Notes: generated by a model not told the origin, from the sequence alone. DNA of 64,000 nt from an uncultured Actinomycetota bacterium (GCA_963791105.1 CAWBRA010000008.1:13458-77457); one strand, 5' to 3'. Shown: positions 41,233-51,017, counted from the stretch's first letter. Translations and numbers: made by a program.

Positions 41233-43200
41233 ATGCACAACAGCCACCACAAGAGTGGGTGGAGCCGGATGCGTCATGCGCTGGCAGCCACCCTTGCGAC
41301 CGGCCTGGGTGTTGGCACCCTCCTCGTCGGTCCCCTGGCCTCTGCCGCCGTCCCCTCCTTCCCGGACAACATCGTGGTCTTCCCCGACCGTGACTTCGTC
41401 TCGGTCGAGGGCTACTCGGCCCACGCCGGCGAGACCGCGCTGGTGGAGGTGACGCGCCCGGGTCAGGGCGTGATCGGCTCTGCGCGCGCGGAGGTCTCCG
41501 GCACCGACGTCGCATTCGAGATCAACCACCCCGGGGGCTACTGCTGGGGGGCCGGAACCAGCCACCAGGTCACGCCGGACATCGTGGCCGGGGACGTGGT
41601 GAAGGTGACGTTCCCCGATGGCTCGCACGAGGAGACGACCACTGCGTCGGCGACGGTCATCCAGGACATGAGCCTGCAGGGCAACGTCGTCACCGTTCAG
41701 GGGACCTTCGGGAGCGACGTGAACCCCGCGCAGATGGAACAGCGGATCATCAACCCGGACCTCGTGGACGTCATCGGCAAGCGCAGCGTCAGCGCCCTCC
41801 CCGGGCCGCTGGTTCCCGCCGCCAAGGGCGGCTACAGCTCGGGGATCGCGGTGGACGCGGCCCTGGGGACCTTCACGGCGACCTACGAGTTCGACACGAT
41901 CGAGGGAGCGACGACGACCGCGGCGGCCGATCTCGGTGAGCGGGCGATGAGCTGGCAGGTCGAGGATGCGGACGGCAACCGCCAGGGCCTGACCATCGCG
42001 GAGTTCGGCGAAGCCGGTGGCCCCGGCATGGGCGGTTGCCCGGCCGGACCGGCCGAGCAGGGCGCCCCGGTCGGCACAGCGAGTGCCCAGCGCTCCGCGG
42101 ACCAGGCGGTCGTCAAGTGGACACCGGTCACGCCGCAGCCCGGAGCCGACCCCGTCACCGGGTTCAGCATCGAGGCCGTCGGTCTGGTCGGTCCCAACGG
42201 AGAGGCGCCGGTCCTCGGCCTGCGCACCGGTCCCGGCGCCACGCAGACCACCCTGACCGGGCTGGACCCCGCCGCCGACTACACCTTCGAGGTGCGCTCG
42301 CTCTCGGGCACCAAGGCGAGCGTCCCGTTCACGATGGCCAAGCCTCCCAACCCGGACACCACGCAGCCCACGCTCGCGCTCACGCCTGAGCCCAGCACCG
42401 ACGGGTCCGTCGTCCTGGCCACCGAGGTGAGCGTCAACAGCAACGGGCAGGTCTGGTACACCACGGACGGCTCGCCGGTCGTCAGTGGCGGGCTGCCTTC
42501 GGACACAGCGCAGTTCTACACGGGTCCCATCCCGATCACCGGTCCCACGGACCTGCGGGTGGTCTCCTTCGACGCAGCCAACAACATGCAGGGCCCGGTC
42601 CAGGGCGCGTACGACGTGACGCCGCCTCCGGCAGCGCCTGCCGCACCGACCGGCCTGGCGGCTCCGTCCAAGGGGCAGGACCGGGTGGCTCTGACCTGGG
42701 ACGCGGGAGACCCCAGCGTCACCGGCTACCAGGTCACGGTCTACGACAGCACCGGGCAGACCCGGTTGGCCGAGCAGCCGCCGGTCACGTCCGTGCCCCG
42801 CCAGACGGTCACCGGGCTGGCACCCGACACGGCCTACCAGTTCGCGGTGCAGGCCAAGGGTCCGGGCGGGGCCAGCGAGGAGTCGTCCCGGCTGACCGTG
42901 ACCACGGACAGGGCCACGGATCGCATCACGATCAGCTCGGCCCGGTGGAAGAACCGCGACTTCCGCGTCGTGGGGACCGGCTCGCAGATCGGGGCTCGGA
43001 TCGAGTTGCACACCGTCAACCCCGACGGCAGCGTGGGCGCAGCGATCCCCGGCGCCGTCGCCGACGTCGTGGCCGCGGCCCCACCGGGCATCGGGGACTG
43101 GGAGGTTCGGATGCGCAACGGCGCAGTCCCGCCCAACCCCGGCCGGGTGATCGCGGTCTCGAGCGGCGGAGGCACCACGGCACCGTTCACGGTCGGCTGA
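41233..43200 (+). CDS. Secreted multi-domain protein: unknown N-terminal domain, two FN3 domains and a chitobiase/hexosaminidase-C-like domain
   Basis: Signal peptide ...LVGPLASAA. FN3 signatures (VKWTPV...YTFEVRS, and LTWDAG..VTGYQVTVYD...TAYQFAVQA). VWYTTDGSPV...YTGPIPITGPTDLRVVSFDAANN. Confidence 0.7.
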   Translation: MHNSHHKSGWSRMRHALAATLATGLGVGTLLVGPLASAAVPSFPDNIVVFPDRDFVSVEGYSAHAGETALVEVTRPGQGVIGSARAEVSGTDVAFEINHPGGYCWGAGTSHQVTPDIVAGDVVKVTFPDGSHEETTTASATVIQDMSLQGNVVTVQGTFGSDVNPAQMEQRIINPDLVDVIGKRSVSALPGPLVPAAKGGYSSGIAVDAALGTFTATYEFDTIEGATTTAAADLGERAMSWQVEDADGNRQGLTIAEFGEAGGPGMGGCPAGPAEQGAPVGTASAQRSADQAVVKWTPVTPQPGADPVTGFSIEAVGLVGPNGEAPVLGLRTGPGATQTTLTGLDPAADYTFEVRSLSGTKASVPFTMAKPPNPDTTQPTLALTPEPSTDGSVVLATEVSVNSNGQVWYTTDGSPVVSGGLPSDTAQFYTGPIPITGPTDLRVVSFDAANNMQGPVQGAYDVTPPPAAPAAPTGLAAPSKGQDRVALTWDAGDPSVTGYQVTVYDSTGQTRLAEQPPVTSVPRQTVTGLAPDTAYQFAVQAKGPGGASEESSRLTVTTDRATDRITISSARWKNRDFRVVGTGSQIGARIELHTVNPDGSVGAAIPGAVADVVAAAPPGIGDWEVRMRNGAVPPNPGRVIAVSSGGGTTAPFTVG

Positions 43201-43211
43201 TCGCCAGAGGT

Positions 43212-43237
43212 GACCCTGTTCTCGCCTGAACAGGGTC
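43212..43237 (+). terminator. 10-bp hairpin after the FN3 gene
   Basis: GACCCTGTTC-tcgcct-GAACAGGGTC. Confidence 0.55.
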
Positions 43238-43244
43238 CAACCGG

Positions 43245-43271
43245 GGCCCCGACGCATCCCGCGTCGGGGCC
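43245..43271 (-). terminator. 11-bp hairpin in the convergent gap (probable terminator of the dehydrogenase gene)
   Basis: GGCCCCGACGC-atccc-GCGTCGGGGCC. Confidence 0.5.
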
Positions 43272-43328
43272 TCGGCCGTCCCGCACCATCCATGATCACG
43301 AGTCGCCGTCACGAGCCGAGGTCGCGGC

Positions 43329-44378
43329 TCAGCCGAGGGTGATGACGACCTTCACGTCGTCGTCCCGGGCGGCGAAGGCCTCCTCGAAGCGGTCCAGCGG
43401 CACCCGTCGGCTGACCATCCGGTCCAGCCACGACAGCTCGGCGGCCGCGAGTGCTTCGGCGGCTTGCCGGTAGTGCCGAAGGTTGGCGTTCACCGAACCG
43501 AGCAGGGCGTCGTTCTGCAGCACCAGCTCCCGGTTGAGGGAGCCCGCGTCGATCCGCAGGGGGTGACCACCGCTGGAGACCCCGGTCAGGCAGACGATTC
43601 CGTAGGAGTCGGTGCCGCGCATGGCGCCGATCACGAGCTCGCCGACACCGGTGGCCTCGATCACCACGTCGGGTCGGATCTTGTCGGTCACCACGTCGAT
43701 GTCGTCGTGGTGGTACGTCGCGCCGAGGTCGGCGACCAGTCCCGGTTTCGGGCCGTCGGTGACGCGGTCGAGCACGTGCACGTCGAGGCCACGCTGTCGA
43801 CCCAGCAGGGCCGCGAGCAGCCCGATCGGTCCGGCCCCGGTGACGAGCACGCTGGCGGGTTCGAACCAGGCCCGGCCGCCGACGCGCTCGAGCTGCTCCC
43901 ACGCCTTCGCCACCACCGTGGTCGGCTCCATCAACATGCCGACCTGCTCGAGCCGCGGGTCGAGCCTCACGGCGTAGTCGGCCTCGACGGTCCACTGCTC
44001 GCTGCCGTAGCCGTCGATCTGCTTGATCCCGCGCTCGGTGTAGCGGCCGTTGCGGCACATGTCGAACTCCCCGTGCGCGCACGCCCCGCACGGCACCGGG
44101 TCGGGTCGGCGTACGACGCCCACGACCAGGTCGCCCTCCGTGAACCCGCTGTCCGCCGGCGCACTCCGGACCCGGCCCAGCGACTCGTGGCCGAGCACGA
44201 GGCGTTCCCGACCGTCCGGTGACCAGCCGTAGTCGCCGCTGGCGATCTCCTTGTCGGTGCCGCACACCCCGATGGCCAGCCCGTCGACCAGCAGCTCGCC
44301 GGGACCGGGCTCCGGATCGGGGACGTCGGTCACGGCGAGGGTGTCGGCCCGGTTCGGGATCGTGGTCAGTGCGCGCAC
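43329..44378 (-). CDS. Zinc-dependent MDR-family dehydrogenase (glucose 1-dehydrogenase-like)
   Basis: GVCGTDKEI, GHESLG, CGACAHGEFDMC (structural zinc) and VTGAGPIGLL. GTG 44378 is chosen over longer options that would overlap the fumC promoter. Confidence 0.8.
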   Translation of the reverse strand: MRALTTIPNRADTLAVTDVPDPEPGPGELLVDGLAIGVCGTDKEIASGDYGWSPDGRERLVLGHESLGRVRSAPADSGFTEGDLVVGVVRRPDPVPCGACAHGEFDMCRNGRYTERGIKQIDGYGSEQWTVEADYAVRLDPRLEQVGMLMEPTTVVAKAWEQLERVGGRAWFEPASVLVTGAGPIGLLAALLGRQRGLDVHVLDRVTDGPKPGLVADLGATYHHDDIDVVTDKIRPDVVIEATGVGELVIGAMRGTDSYGIVCLTGVSSGGHPLRIDAGSLNRELVLQNDALLGSVNANLRHYRQAAEALAAAELSWLDRMVSRRVPLDRFEEAFAARDDDVKVVITLG

Positions 44379-44448
44379 TCCCCCACCATGCCGCGCAGCA
44401 CGGCGATGTCCAAGCAACCTGTAGCGCCAGCCCGGTAACGTCACGGCC

Positions 44449-45843
44449 ATGAGCTCCGAGAACAGCCAGACCCGGACCGAGCACGACAGCATGGGCGACA
44501 TCGAGGTGCCCAGGGACGCCTTGTGGCGGGCACAGACCCAGCGCGCCGTGGAGAACTTCCCGATCAGCGGCACCACCCTCGAGCCGGCGCACGTCGTGGC
44601 GATGGCGCGGGTGAAGAAGTCGGCGGCGAAGATCAACGCCGAGCTGGAGATCATCACCACCGCCCAGGCCGGTGCCATCGGTTCCGGCGCCGACGAGATC
44701 ATCGGCGGAGCCCACCACGACGCCTTCCCGATCGACGTCTTCCAGACCGGGTCCGGCACCAGCTCGAACATGAACATGAACGAGGTGCTCGCCTCGCTGG
44801 CCTCCCGTGCCGGGACCGACTGCCACCCCAACGACCACGTCAACGCCAGCCAGTCCAGCAACGACACCTTCCCCACCTCGATCCACGTCGCCGCGGTCGA
44901 GTCGACCACCAGGGACCTGATCCCGGCGCTCGAGGTGCTGGCCGTCGCGCTGGAGGGCAAGGCGGAGGAGTTCGCGCAGGTGGTGAAGTCCGGCCGCACT
45001 CACCTGATGGATGCGACACCGGTGATGCTCGGCCAGGAGTTCGGTGGCTACGCCGCGATCATCCGGATGGGCATCGAGCGCCTCGAGTCGACGCTCCCCC
45101 GGGTCGCCGAGCTGCCGCTGGGTGGCACCGCGGTCGGGACCGGCATCAACACCCCGGACGGCTTCGCCGAGCGGGTGATCGCCGACCTGGCGGACGAGAC
45201 CGGGCTGCCGTTCACCGAGGCCCGCAACCACTTCGAGGCCCAGGGCGGGCAGGACGCACTGGTGGAGCTGTCCGGCCAGCTGCGCACCATCGCAGTCGGC
45301 CTGACGAAGATCTGCAACGACCTGCGCTGGATGTCCTCAGGACCGACGACCGGCCTCGCCGAGATCCACCTGCCCGACCTCCAGCCGGGGTCGAGCATCA
45401 TGCCCGGCAAGGTCAACCCGGTGCTGCCCGAGGCGACCCTGATGGTCTGCGCGCAGATCGTCGGCAACGACGCCACCGTCGCGGTCGCCGGAGCCAGCGG
45501 AAGCTTCGAGCTCAACGTGATGATGCCGGTGATGGCACGCAACCTGCTCGAGTCGATCCGGCTGCTCGCCGCGGTCGCGCCCCTGCTTGCGCACCGCTGC
45601 ATCGACGGGATCGAGGCCGACGAGGAGCGGATGCTCACCTACGCGGAGTCCTCCCCCTCGGTGGTCACCCCGCTGAACAAGTACATCGGCTACGAGGAGG
45701 CCTCAAAGGTCGCCAAGACGGCCCTCAAGGAGGGCCGCACCATCCGCGAGCAGGTGCTGGAGATGGGCTACGTCGAGCGCGGCGACCTGACCGAGGAGCA
45801 GCTCGACGCAGCGCTCGACGTCCGGACGATGACGCGCGCCTGA
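44449..45843 (+). CDS. fumC: Class II fumarate hydratase
   Basis: [20 protein letters not shown] and [11 protein letters not shown]. Confidence 0.93.
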   Translation: MSSENSQTRTEHDSMGDIEVPRDALWRAQTQRAVENFPISGTTLEPAHVVAMARVKKSAAKINAELEIITTAQAGAIGSGADEIIGGAHHDAFPIDVFQTGSGTSSNMNMNEVLASLASRAGTDCHPNDHVNASQSSNDTFPTSIHVAAVESTTRDLIPALEVLAVALEGKAEEFAQVVKSGRTHLMDATPVMLGQEFGGYAAIIRMGIERLESTLPRVAELPLGGTAVGTGINTPDGFAERVIADLADETGLPFTEARNHFEAQGGQDALVELSGQLRTIAVGLTKICNDLRWMSSGPTTGLAEIHLPDLQPGSSIMPGKVNPVLPEATLMVCAQIVGNDATVAVAGASGSFELNVMMPVMARNLLESIRLLAAVAPLLAHRCIDGIEADEERMLTYAESSPSVVTPLNKYIGYEEASKVAKTALKEGRTIREQVLEMGYVERGDLTEEQLDAALDVRTMTRA

Positions 45844-45882
45844 CCCGTGACCGGCGACCGCTGACCTCGATACGGTGCAGGA

Positions 45883-46596
45883 GTGAGTCCGAGCCGCGGC
45901 CTGCGCACCGTCGTCGTCACGATGACGGCGCTGGTGGTCGCCGTGATCCTGGTCCTCGCTGCGGTCTCCGGGCCGAGCGGTGTCGTCGAGGACCTGCGCA
46001 CCGACGCCACCACGTCGGGCTCGGCACCCGACGAGCCCGAGGCACAGGACCAGCCACCGGCCGATCGGGCCACGGACCGGACACCGCAGCGAGACTTCGC
46101 CACCGGGCTGACCGGCTGGCTGCACGAGCTGCTCGCCGTGCTCGCCGTGGTCGTCGGGCTGTGGCTGTCCGCGGGGGTGGTCCGCCTGCTCGCCCTGGGC
46201 CTCGGTCGGCGGCTTCCCGAGGCGCAGCTGGTGCTCGAGCTCGACCCGCTCACGGACACCGAGGTCGCGCGCGAGGCGCTTCGGCGCGACCGGACCCTGC
46301 ACGACGTCGCCCTGGCCGGGTCCGACGTCCGCAACGGCATCGTGGCCTGCTGGGTGCTGCTCGAGGAGGCTGCTGCCGAGCACGGCATCGCCCGGCGGCC
46401 CGCAGAGACGGCGACCGAGCTGGTCGTGCGCTTCCTGCACGCCCTCGACGTGGACCCCCGGCCCGTCGCGGAGCTCGCAGAGCTGTTCCTCGAGGCCCGC
46501 TTCTCCAGTCACCCACTTCCCGACGGCACCCGCTCGCGGGCACGAGCAGCACTGGCCGCCATCCACGCCGAGCTGGACCGGGTGCCGACGAGATGA
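45883..46596 (+). CDS. DUF4129-like membrane protein
   Basis: N-terminal TM and C-terminal ...ETATELVVRFLHALDVDPRPVAELAELFLEARFSSHP, typical of DUF4129. Confidence 0.6.
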   Translation: MSPSRGLRTVVVTMTALVVAVILVLAAVSGPSGVVEDLRTDATTSGSAPDEPEAQDQPPADRATDRTPQRDFATGLTGWLHELLAVLAVVVGLWLSAGVVRLLALGLGRRLPEAQLVLELDPLTDTEVAREALRRDRTLHDVALAGSDVRNGIVACWVLLEEAAAEHGIARRPAETATELVVRFLHALDVDPRPVAELAELFLEARFSSHPLPDGTRSRARAALAAIHAELDRVPTR

Positions 46597-47126
46597 GGCG
46601 CCCTCCGAGCGCGCTGCTGCCACGGGAGTGGCTGGCTCGCGGACTGATCGCCGTGGCTGCCGCGGTCGTGACCAACCTCAGCCTCGTGGTGCTCGAGATC
46701 GACCACGACGCCGCCCTGGTCACCTTGCTGGCGGCCACTGCGGTGGCGGTCGGCTCACTGGTCCTCGAGGCGATCGACCCACACCCGGGAGCGCCGTGGA
46801 CAGCCACCCGGCCGGACGCGCAGCCCGATCCGGGGGAGGACACCCGGACCGCGATGTTCCGGCACCTGATCGAGTCGCACCGAACCGCTCGTGAGGCCGA
46901 TGACGCCGTGCTGTGGCAGATCGCAGACCTGGGCAACCGCAGGCTGCGACAGGTCCACGGGTTCCGTTGCTCCGAGGACCCCCAGCGCGCCGAGGCGCTC
47001 CTCGGCCCGTTGGTCGCCGGGCTGGTCTCGCGCGACCGCCGGCACCGGTACGAGCCGGGACGACGCCACCCCCGCTACAGCCTGGACCAGCTCAACGAAG
47101 CCATGCGCAGGATCGAGGAGCTGTGA
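46593..47126 (+). CDS. Hypothetical membrane protein, 177 aa
   Basis: ATGA overlap with the upstream gene. Two TM segments followed by a charged soluble tail. Confidence 0.5.
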   Translation: MRRPPSALLPREWLARGLIAVAAAVVTNLSLVVLEIDHDAALVTLLAATAVAVGSLVLEAIDPHPGAPWTATRPDAQPDPGEDTRTAMFRHLIESHRTAREADDAVLWQIADLGNRRLRQVHGFRCSEDPQRAEALLGPLVAGLVSRDRRHRYEPGRRHPRYSLDQLNEAMRRIEEL

Positions 47127-48109
47127 CGATGACATCGGTCTCCCACGCCAGTGAGCAGGCAGCCGCGGTCCTGGACCGCGTCTCGTCGGTGGTGATCGGC
47201 AAGTCGGACGCGCTGCGTCTCGTGCTGGCCGGCGTCCTCGCGGGCGGGCACGTCCTCCTCGAGGACTTCCCGGGTCTCGGCAAGACTCTGGCGGCGCGCT
47301 CCTTCGCCCAGGCCCTCGGGCTCGACTTCACCCGCGCCCAGTTCACCCCTGACCTGCTCCCGGCCGACCTGACCGGCTCCTTCATCTACAACCAGCGACT
47401 CGCGGAGTTCGAGTTCCGCCCCGGCCCGTTGTTCACCGGACTGCTGCTGGCCGACGAGATCAACCGCACCCCTCCCAAGACCCAGGCCGCGTTGCTCGAG
47501 GCGATGCAGGAGCGGCAGGTGACGGTCGAGGGGAAGACCTTCGCGCTGACGCCCCCGTTCCACGTGCTGGCCACGGCGAACCCGGTCGAGTACGAAGGCA
47601 CCTACCCGCTTCCGGAGGCCCAGCTCGACCGGTTCCTGCTGCGTGTCGGGTTCGGCTACCCCACCCCCGCCGAGGAGTACGACGTCCTGGCCACCAGGGT
47701 TGCGCGCCGGCGCGAGGAGGTGGTGCTCGCCCCGGTCACCGACGGTGCCGGTCTGCTCGAGATGCAGGCGGCCGTCGAGCAGGTCGAGGTCGATCGCAGC
47801 GTGGGCGAGTACTGCGTCGCGCTGGTCACGGCCAGCCGCACCCACCGTGACGTGCTCATCGGGGCCTCCCCTCGGGGCTCGCTGGCGCTGATGCTCTGCG
47901 CGCGCGCCCTGGCCGTGATCCGTGGACGCGACTTCGTGCTGCCGGAGGACGTGAAAGCGGTCGCGTCGTCGGTGCTGGCCCACCGGATCACCGTGAAGCC
48001 GGAGCTCTGGATGACCGAGATCTCGGGGTCGAGCGTCGTCAGCGGGCTGCTGGCCAGCGTCCCGACGCCCAGCGCTCGCGAGGTGGCCAGCAGGCCGGAG
48101 CCGCGATGA
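47123..48109 (+). CDS. MoxR-family AAA+ ATPase
   Basis: LLEDFPGLGKT (Walker A), LLADEINR (Walker B) and ATANPVEYEGTYPLPEAQLDRF. The start is either GTG 47123 (GTGA overlap) or ATG 47129. Confidence 0.9.
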   Translation: MTMTSVSHASEQAAAVLDRVSSVVIGKSDALRLVLAGVLAGGHVLLEDFPGLGKTLAARSFAQALGLDFTRAQFTPDLLPADLTGSFIYNQRLAEFEFRPGPLFTGLLLADEINRTPPKTQAALLEAMQERQVTVEGKTFALTPPFHVLATANPVEYEGTYPLPEAQLDRFLLRVGFGYPTPAEEYDVLATRVARRREEVVLAPVTDGAGLLEMQAAVEQVEVDRSVGEYCVALVTASRTHRDVLIGASPRGSLALMLCARALAVIRGRDFVLPEDVKAVASSVLAHRITVKPELWMTEISGSSVVSGLLASVPTPSAREVASRPEPR

Positions 48110-49395
48110 GCCGGTGGCGGGTCACCGGAGCCGTCGTACGCGCCACCACGACCGCGGCAGTCCTCGCCCTGGCTGCGCTGGTGCTCGGCCGGCCGGACCT
48201 GCTCGTGCTGGCCGCACCCTTCGGGCTCGCGGCTGCGCTGGGTCTCTCGCACCGCCCGCGGGCACCGCTGCGAGCGAAGGTGCGCCTCGGTGACCGGTGG
48301 CTGCACGAGGGGCAGAGCACCAGGTGGGAGGTGCGCATCGAGGACGAGGGCGACGTCGAGCAGGTCACCGCCAGCCTCGCCCCGCCGGCGTTCGTGGTCA
48401 CTGCCCCTCCTGGCGGCGTCGTCTCGAGCACGCCTCGCGGCCCCGGCCTGGTGCTGCGCCTCATGGTCAGCCCGAGACGCTGGGGGGTGCGCTCCACCGG
48501 GAGCCCGATGGTGGCAGCGACCAGTCACTGGGGTGGCTACCGCTGGGGCCCGGAGCCGCTGCCCGAGTCGACACTCGTCGCCCTCCCCAGCCAGCAGCAG
48601 TTCTCCTCCGCCGAGAGCCCGCACCCGGTGGGCATGATCGGGCAGAACCGTTCGCGCCGTGCGGGTGCGGGCTCCGAGTTCTTCGCGATCCGGCCCTTCC
48701 AGCCCGGTGACCGGCTGCGCCGGGTGAACTGGCGTACGACGCTGCGCACCGGCGAGCTGCACGCGGTCGGGACCACCGCCCAGGAGGACAGCTCTCTGCT
48801 GATCGTGCTCGACGCGGTGACCGACGTCGGTGCCAGTGGCGGGTTGGACGGTGAGGCCAGCACGCTCGACGTGGGGGTGCGCGCTGCCAGCGCCCTCGCG
48901 GCCCACCACCTCGGCGTCGGCGACCGGGTGGCCCTGCGCGTCCTCGGCCGGACCAGCCAGGTCCTCGGTCCGGGCACCGGTCTGCGCCACCTGCGACGGC
49001 TCCAGGAGCTGCTCGCGGAGGTGGAGCGAGGATGGCCCGACCTGCTCGGCTCACGCCACCTGCGGTTGCGGGCCGGGGCCGGGACGGTGGTGGTGGTGCT
49101 GTCGCCGCTGCTCGTCCCCGAGGTCTCCACCCTGCTGGTCACCCTGGTGCGTCGCGGGCTGTCCGTGGTGGTGGTGGACACGCTGGACCCGCTGGCCCTG
49201 CCTGCGGGAGCCCAGGACGAGCACTCGGCGGCGCGGCTGGCCTGGCGGATGCGCCGGGTCGAACGCGAGATGCAGGTCACCGAGGTGACCCGGCTCGGCA
49301 TCCCGGTGGTCCCCTGGCGGGGGCCAGGCACGCTCGACGAGGTCCTGCGGCGGCTGGCCCGGCGTGCGCGGGCACCGCGGGAGGTGTCGCGTTGA
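48106..49395 (+). CDS. DUF58 domain protein
   Basis: ATGA overlap with moxR. GSEFFAIRPFQPGDRLRRVNWR is the DUF58 signature. Confidence 0.8.
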   Translation: MSRWRVTGAVVRATTTAAVLALAALVLGRPDLLVLAAPFGLAAALGLSHRPRAPLRAKVRLGDRWLHEGQSTRWEVRIEDEGDVEQVTASLAPPAFVVTAPPGGVVSSTPRGPGLVLRLMVSPRRWGVRSTGSPMVAATSHWGGYRWGPEPLPESTLVALPSQQQFSSAESPHPVGMIGQNRSRRAGAGSEFFAIRPFQPGDRLRRVNWRTTLRTGELHAVGTTAQEDSSLLIVLDAVTDVGASGGLDGEASTLDVGVRAASALAAHHLGVGDRVALRVLGRTSQVLGPGTGLRHLRRLQELLAEVERGWPDLLGSRHLRLRAGAGTVVVVLSPLLVPEVSTLLVTLVRRGLSVVVVDTLDPLALPAGAQDEHSAARLAWRMRRVEREMQVTEVTRLGIPVVPWRGPGTLDEVLRRLARRARAPREVSR

Positions 49396-49943
49396 GCACC
49401 TCGCTGCCCGAGCGTCGCCGGGTCTATCCCGGGATCGACCAGCTGGTGCTGCGCTCACTGGTGCCGATCGGAGTCCTGACCGCCGTGGTCGCCGCTCAGG
49501 GCGCTGGAGCCCGCCCCGCTGCGTGGTTGACTTGGGGACTGCTGGTGCTCGCCGCTCTGAGCGCCGTGCGCCCCGACTCCGCGGCCGGCATCGTGCTGCT
49601 GGTCGGCACGGCGTACGTCTGGACGATGGCTCCGGAGGTGCGATCGCCCCTGGTGCTGGTGGCGGCGGCGGGAATGCTGCTCGCCCACCTCGCCGCCCTC
49701 GTTGCCGCCCAGGGTCCCGCGCGTGTCGCGGTCGACCTGGGACAGGTGCGGCGCTGGGCCGTTCGTGGCGCGGCCCTGTTGCCGGCGGCAGGCTCGTTGT
49801 GGGTCCTCGGGCGGGTCGTGACCGGCCACGACCCGCCCGGGTGGTTGCCCGGGCGACTGACGTTCGCCTTGGGCCTGGTGGTGCTGACCCTGCTCGCGAT
49901 CGCGACCACGCGAGCGCTGGACGGCCGCCGGGCCGGGGTCTGA
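49392..49943 (+). CDS. Hypothetical polytopic membrane protein
   Basis: The TTG start overlaps the DUF58 stop. Four or five hydrophobic segments. The start assignment is uncertain. Confidence 0.45.
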   Translation: MSTSLPERRRVYPGIDQLVLRSLVPIGVLTAVVAAQGAGARPAAWLTWGLLVLAALSAVRPDSAAGIVLLVGTAYVWTMAPEVRSPLVLVAAAGMLLAHLAALVAAQGPARVAVDLGQVRRWAVRGAALLPAAGSLWVLGRVVTGHDPPGWLPGRLTFALGLVVLTLLAIATTRALDGRRAGV

Positions 49944-49944
49944 G

Positions 49945-50520
49945 CTAGCCGGCGAGCAGCTTCTTCATCTCGTCGATCTCGGCGGTCTGGGACTTCTCGA
50001 TGTCGCCGGCGAGAGCTCGGGCGGCCTCGTTCTTGCCCTCGGCCTGCTCCGTGCCGGCCATCTCGACCGCGCCCTCGTGGTGCTCGATCATCTGCGTCAG
50101 GAACACCCGGTCGAAGTCGGCACCGCGCGCTGCCGCGAGCTCACGCATCTGCGCGGGGTCCATGCCACCCATGCCGCCGTCCGCGTCGTCGTCCATGCCG
50201 TCCATCCCGGCGTGGCCGGAGTCCTCGTCCCAGTCCTTGAGCCAGCTCGTCATCAGCTCGATCTCGGGTGTCTGAGCCTCCTTGATGCGCGCGGCCAGAG
50301 CCGAGACCTCGGGGCCGGCGTCGTTGGCCGCAGCGAGGCCGGTCATCATCAGCGCCTGCTGGTGGTGCGGGATCATCTCCTGGGCGAAGGTCACGTCGGC
50401 CTGGTTGTGATCGGCTGATCCGTCCGCCCCGCCTGCGTTGCCGTTGTCGGCGCCGCAGGCGGCAAGCAGGACGATGGCTGCGGCGGCGGCGAGTGCGCGT
50501 GCGCGTGCAAGATTCTTCAT
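49945..50520 (-). CDS. DUF305 family lipoprotein (metal/copper-associated)
   Basis: Lipobox LLAAC and two copies of the motif F..MI.HH..A..M (FAQEMIPHHQQALMM and FLTQMIEHHEGAVEM). Confidence 0.85.
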   Translation of the reverse strand: MKNLARARALAAAAAIVLLAACGADNGNAGGADGSADHNQADVTFAQEMIPHHQQALMMTGLAAANDAGPEVSALAARIKEAQTPEIELMTSWLKDWDEDSGHAGMDGMDDDADGGMGGMDPAQMRELAAARGADFDRVFLTQMIEHHEGAVEMAGTEQAEGKNEAARALAGDIEKSQTAEIDEMKKLLAG

Positions 50521-50603
50521 GGTCGTTCTCCTGGTGATCTCGTGATGAGGGTCTGGCTGTTCACTGCGAGGGGAGCCGGGTGCGGGTCAGTGCACCCTGT
50601 CCA

Positions 50604-51017
50604 TCAGCAGCGGCAGATCGACAACCTCACGAGATCGGGTGGCGCCGGGTCACGTCCTTGGGCACGGATGAGGTCTACGCCGAGCAGGGGTCCCGAAGCA
50701 CCCCGGACTCCGAGGGGGCGCCCCCCGCCGAGGTAGACGAGGAGGGCCACGCCGAGCACCACCAGGCAGGCAGCGAGCAGGTGCTCCAGCCCCGGGGCGC
50801 CGGGGGCCGTCAGGCTCAGCGGTGCCGGCGACGCCGCGACCGCGGTCACCGTCGCCATCCCCGGCATCGAGCTCTCGGCTGCAGGGCCGTGCGCGTCGTG
50901 CGCAGCGGCGCCGGTTCCGTGGTTGCTCAGCCCGTGCATGGAGAGCAGCCCGCCGAGCACCCAGAAGAGCGCCCACAGGGCGAGCTTCCCGGGGAGGCGA
51001 TGACCGCGACGAGGCAT
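50604..51017 (-). CDS. Small membrane protein with His/Met-rich loop (DUF6153-like, tentative)
   Basis: Two TM segments flanking MHGLSNHGTGAAAHDAHGPAAESSMPGM. Sits adjacent to the DUF305 gene. Confidence 0.45.
   Translation of the reverse strand: MPRRGHRLPGKLALWALFWVLGGLLSMHGLSNHGTGAAAHDAHGPAAESSMPGMATVTAVAASPAPLSLTAPGAPGLEHLLAACLVVLGVALLVYLGGGRPLGVRGASGPLLGVDLIRAQGRDPAPPDLVRLSICRC

Noticed and set aside
37953-43299. 1041-aa and 829-aa minus-strand ORFs spanning the fumarase, methyltransferase and FN3 genes
   Set aside because: Same artefact. They run antisense across several well-supported plus-strand genes and intergenic terminators and have degenerate composition.
38340-45843. Presence of both class I and class II fumarases within 7 kb as something unusual
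   Set aside because: Many actinobacteria encode both an Fe-S (class I) and an iron-independent (class II) enzyme. The two genes are in separate transcription units separated by unrelated genes. I see no evidence of a special system.
43309-47126. 640-aa minus-strand and 867-aa plus-strand ORFs across the dehydrogenase, fumC and DUF4129 region
   Set aside because: These are alternate-frame read-throughs. Only the last 177 codons of the 867-aa ORF (46593-47126) behave like a real gene and are coupled by an ATGA overlap. The rest is Arg/Gly/Pro nonsense.
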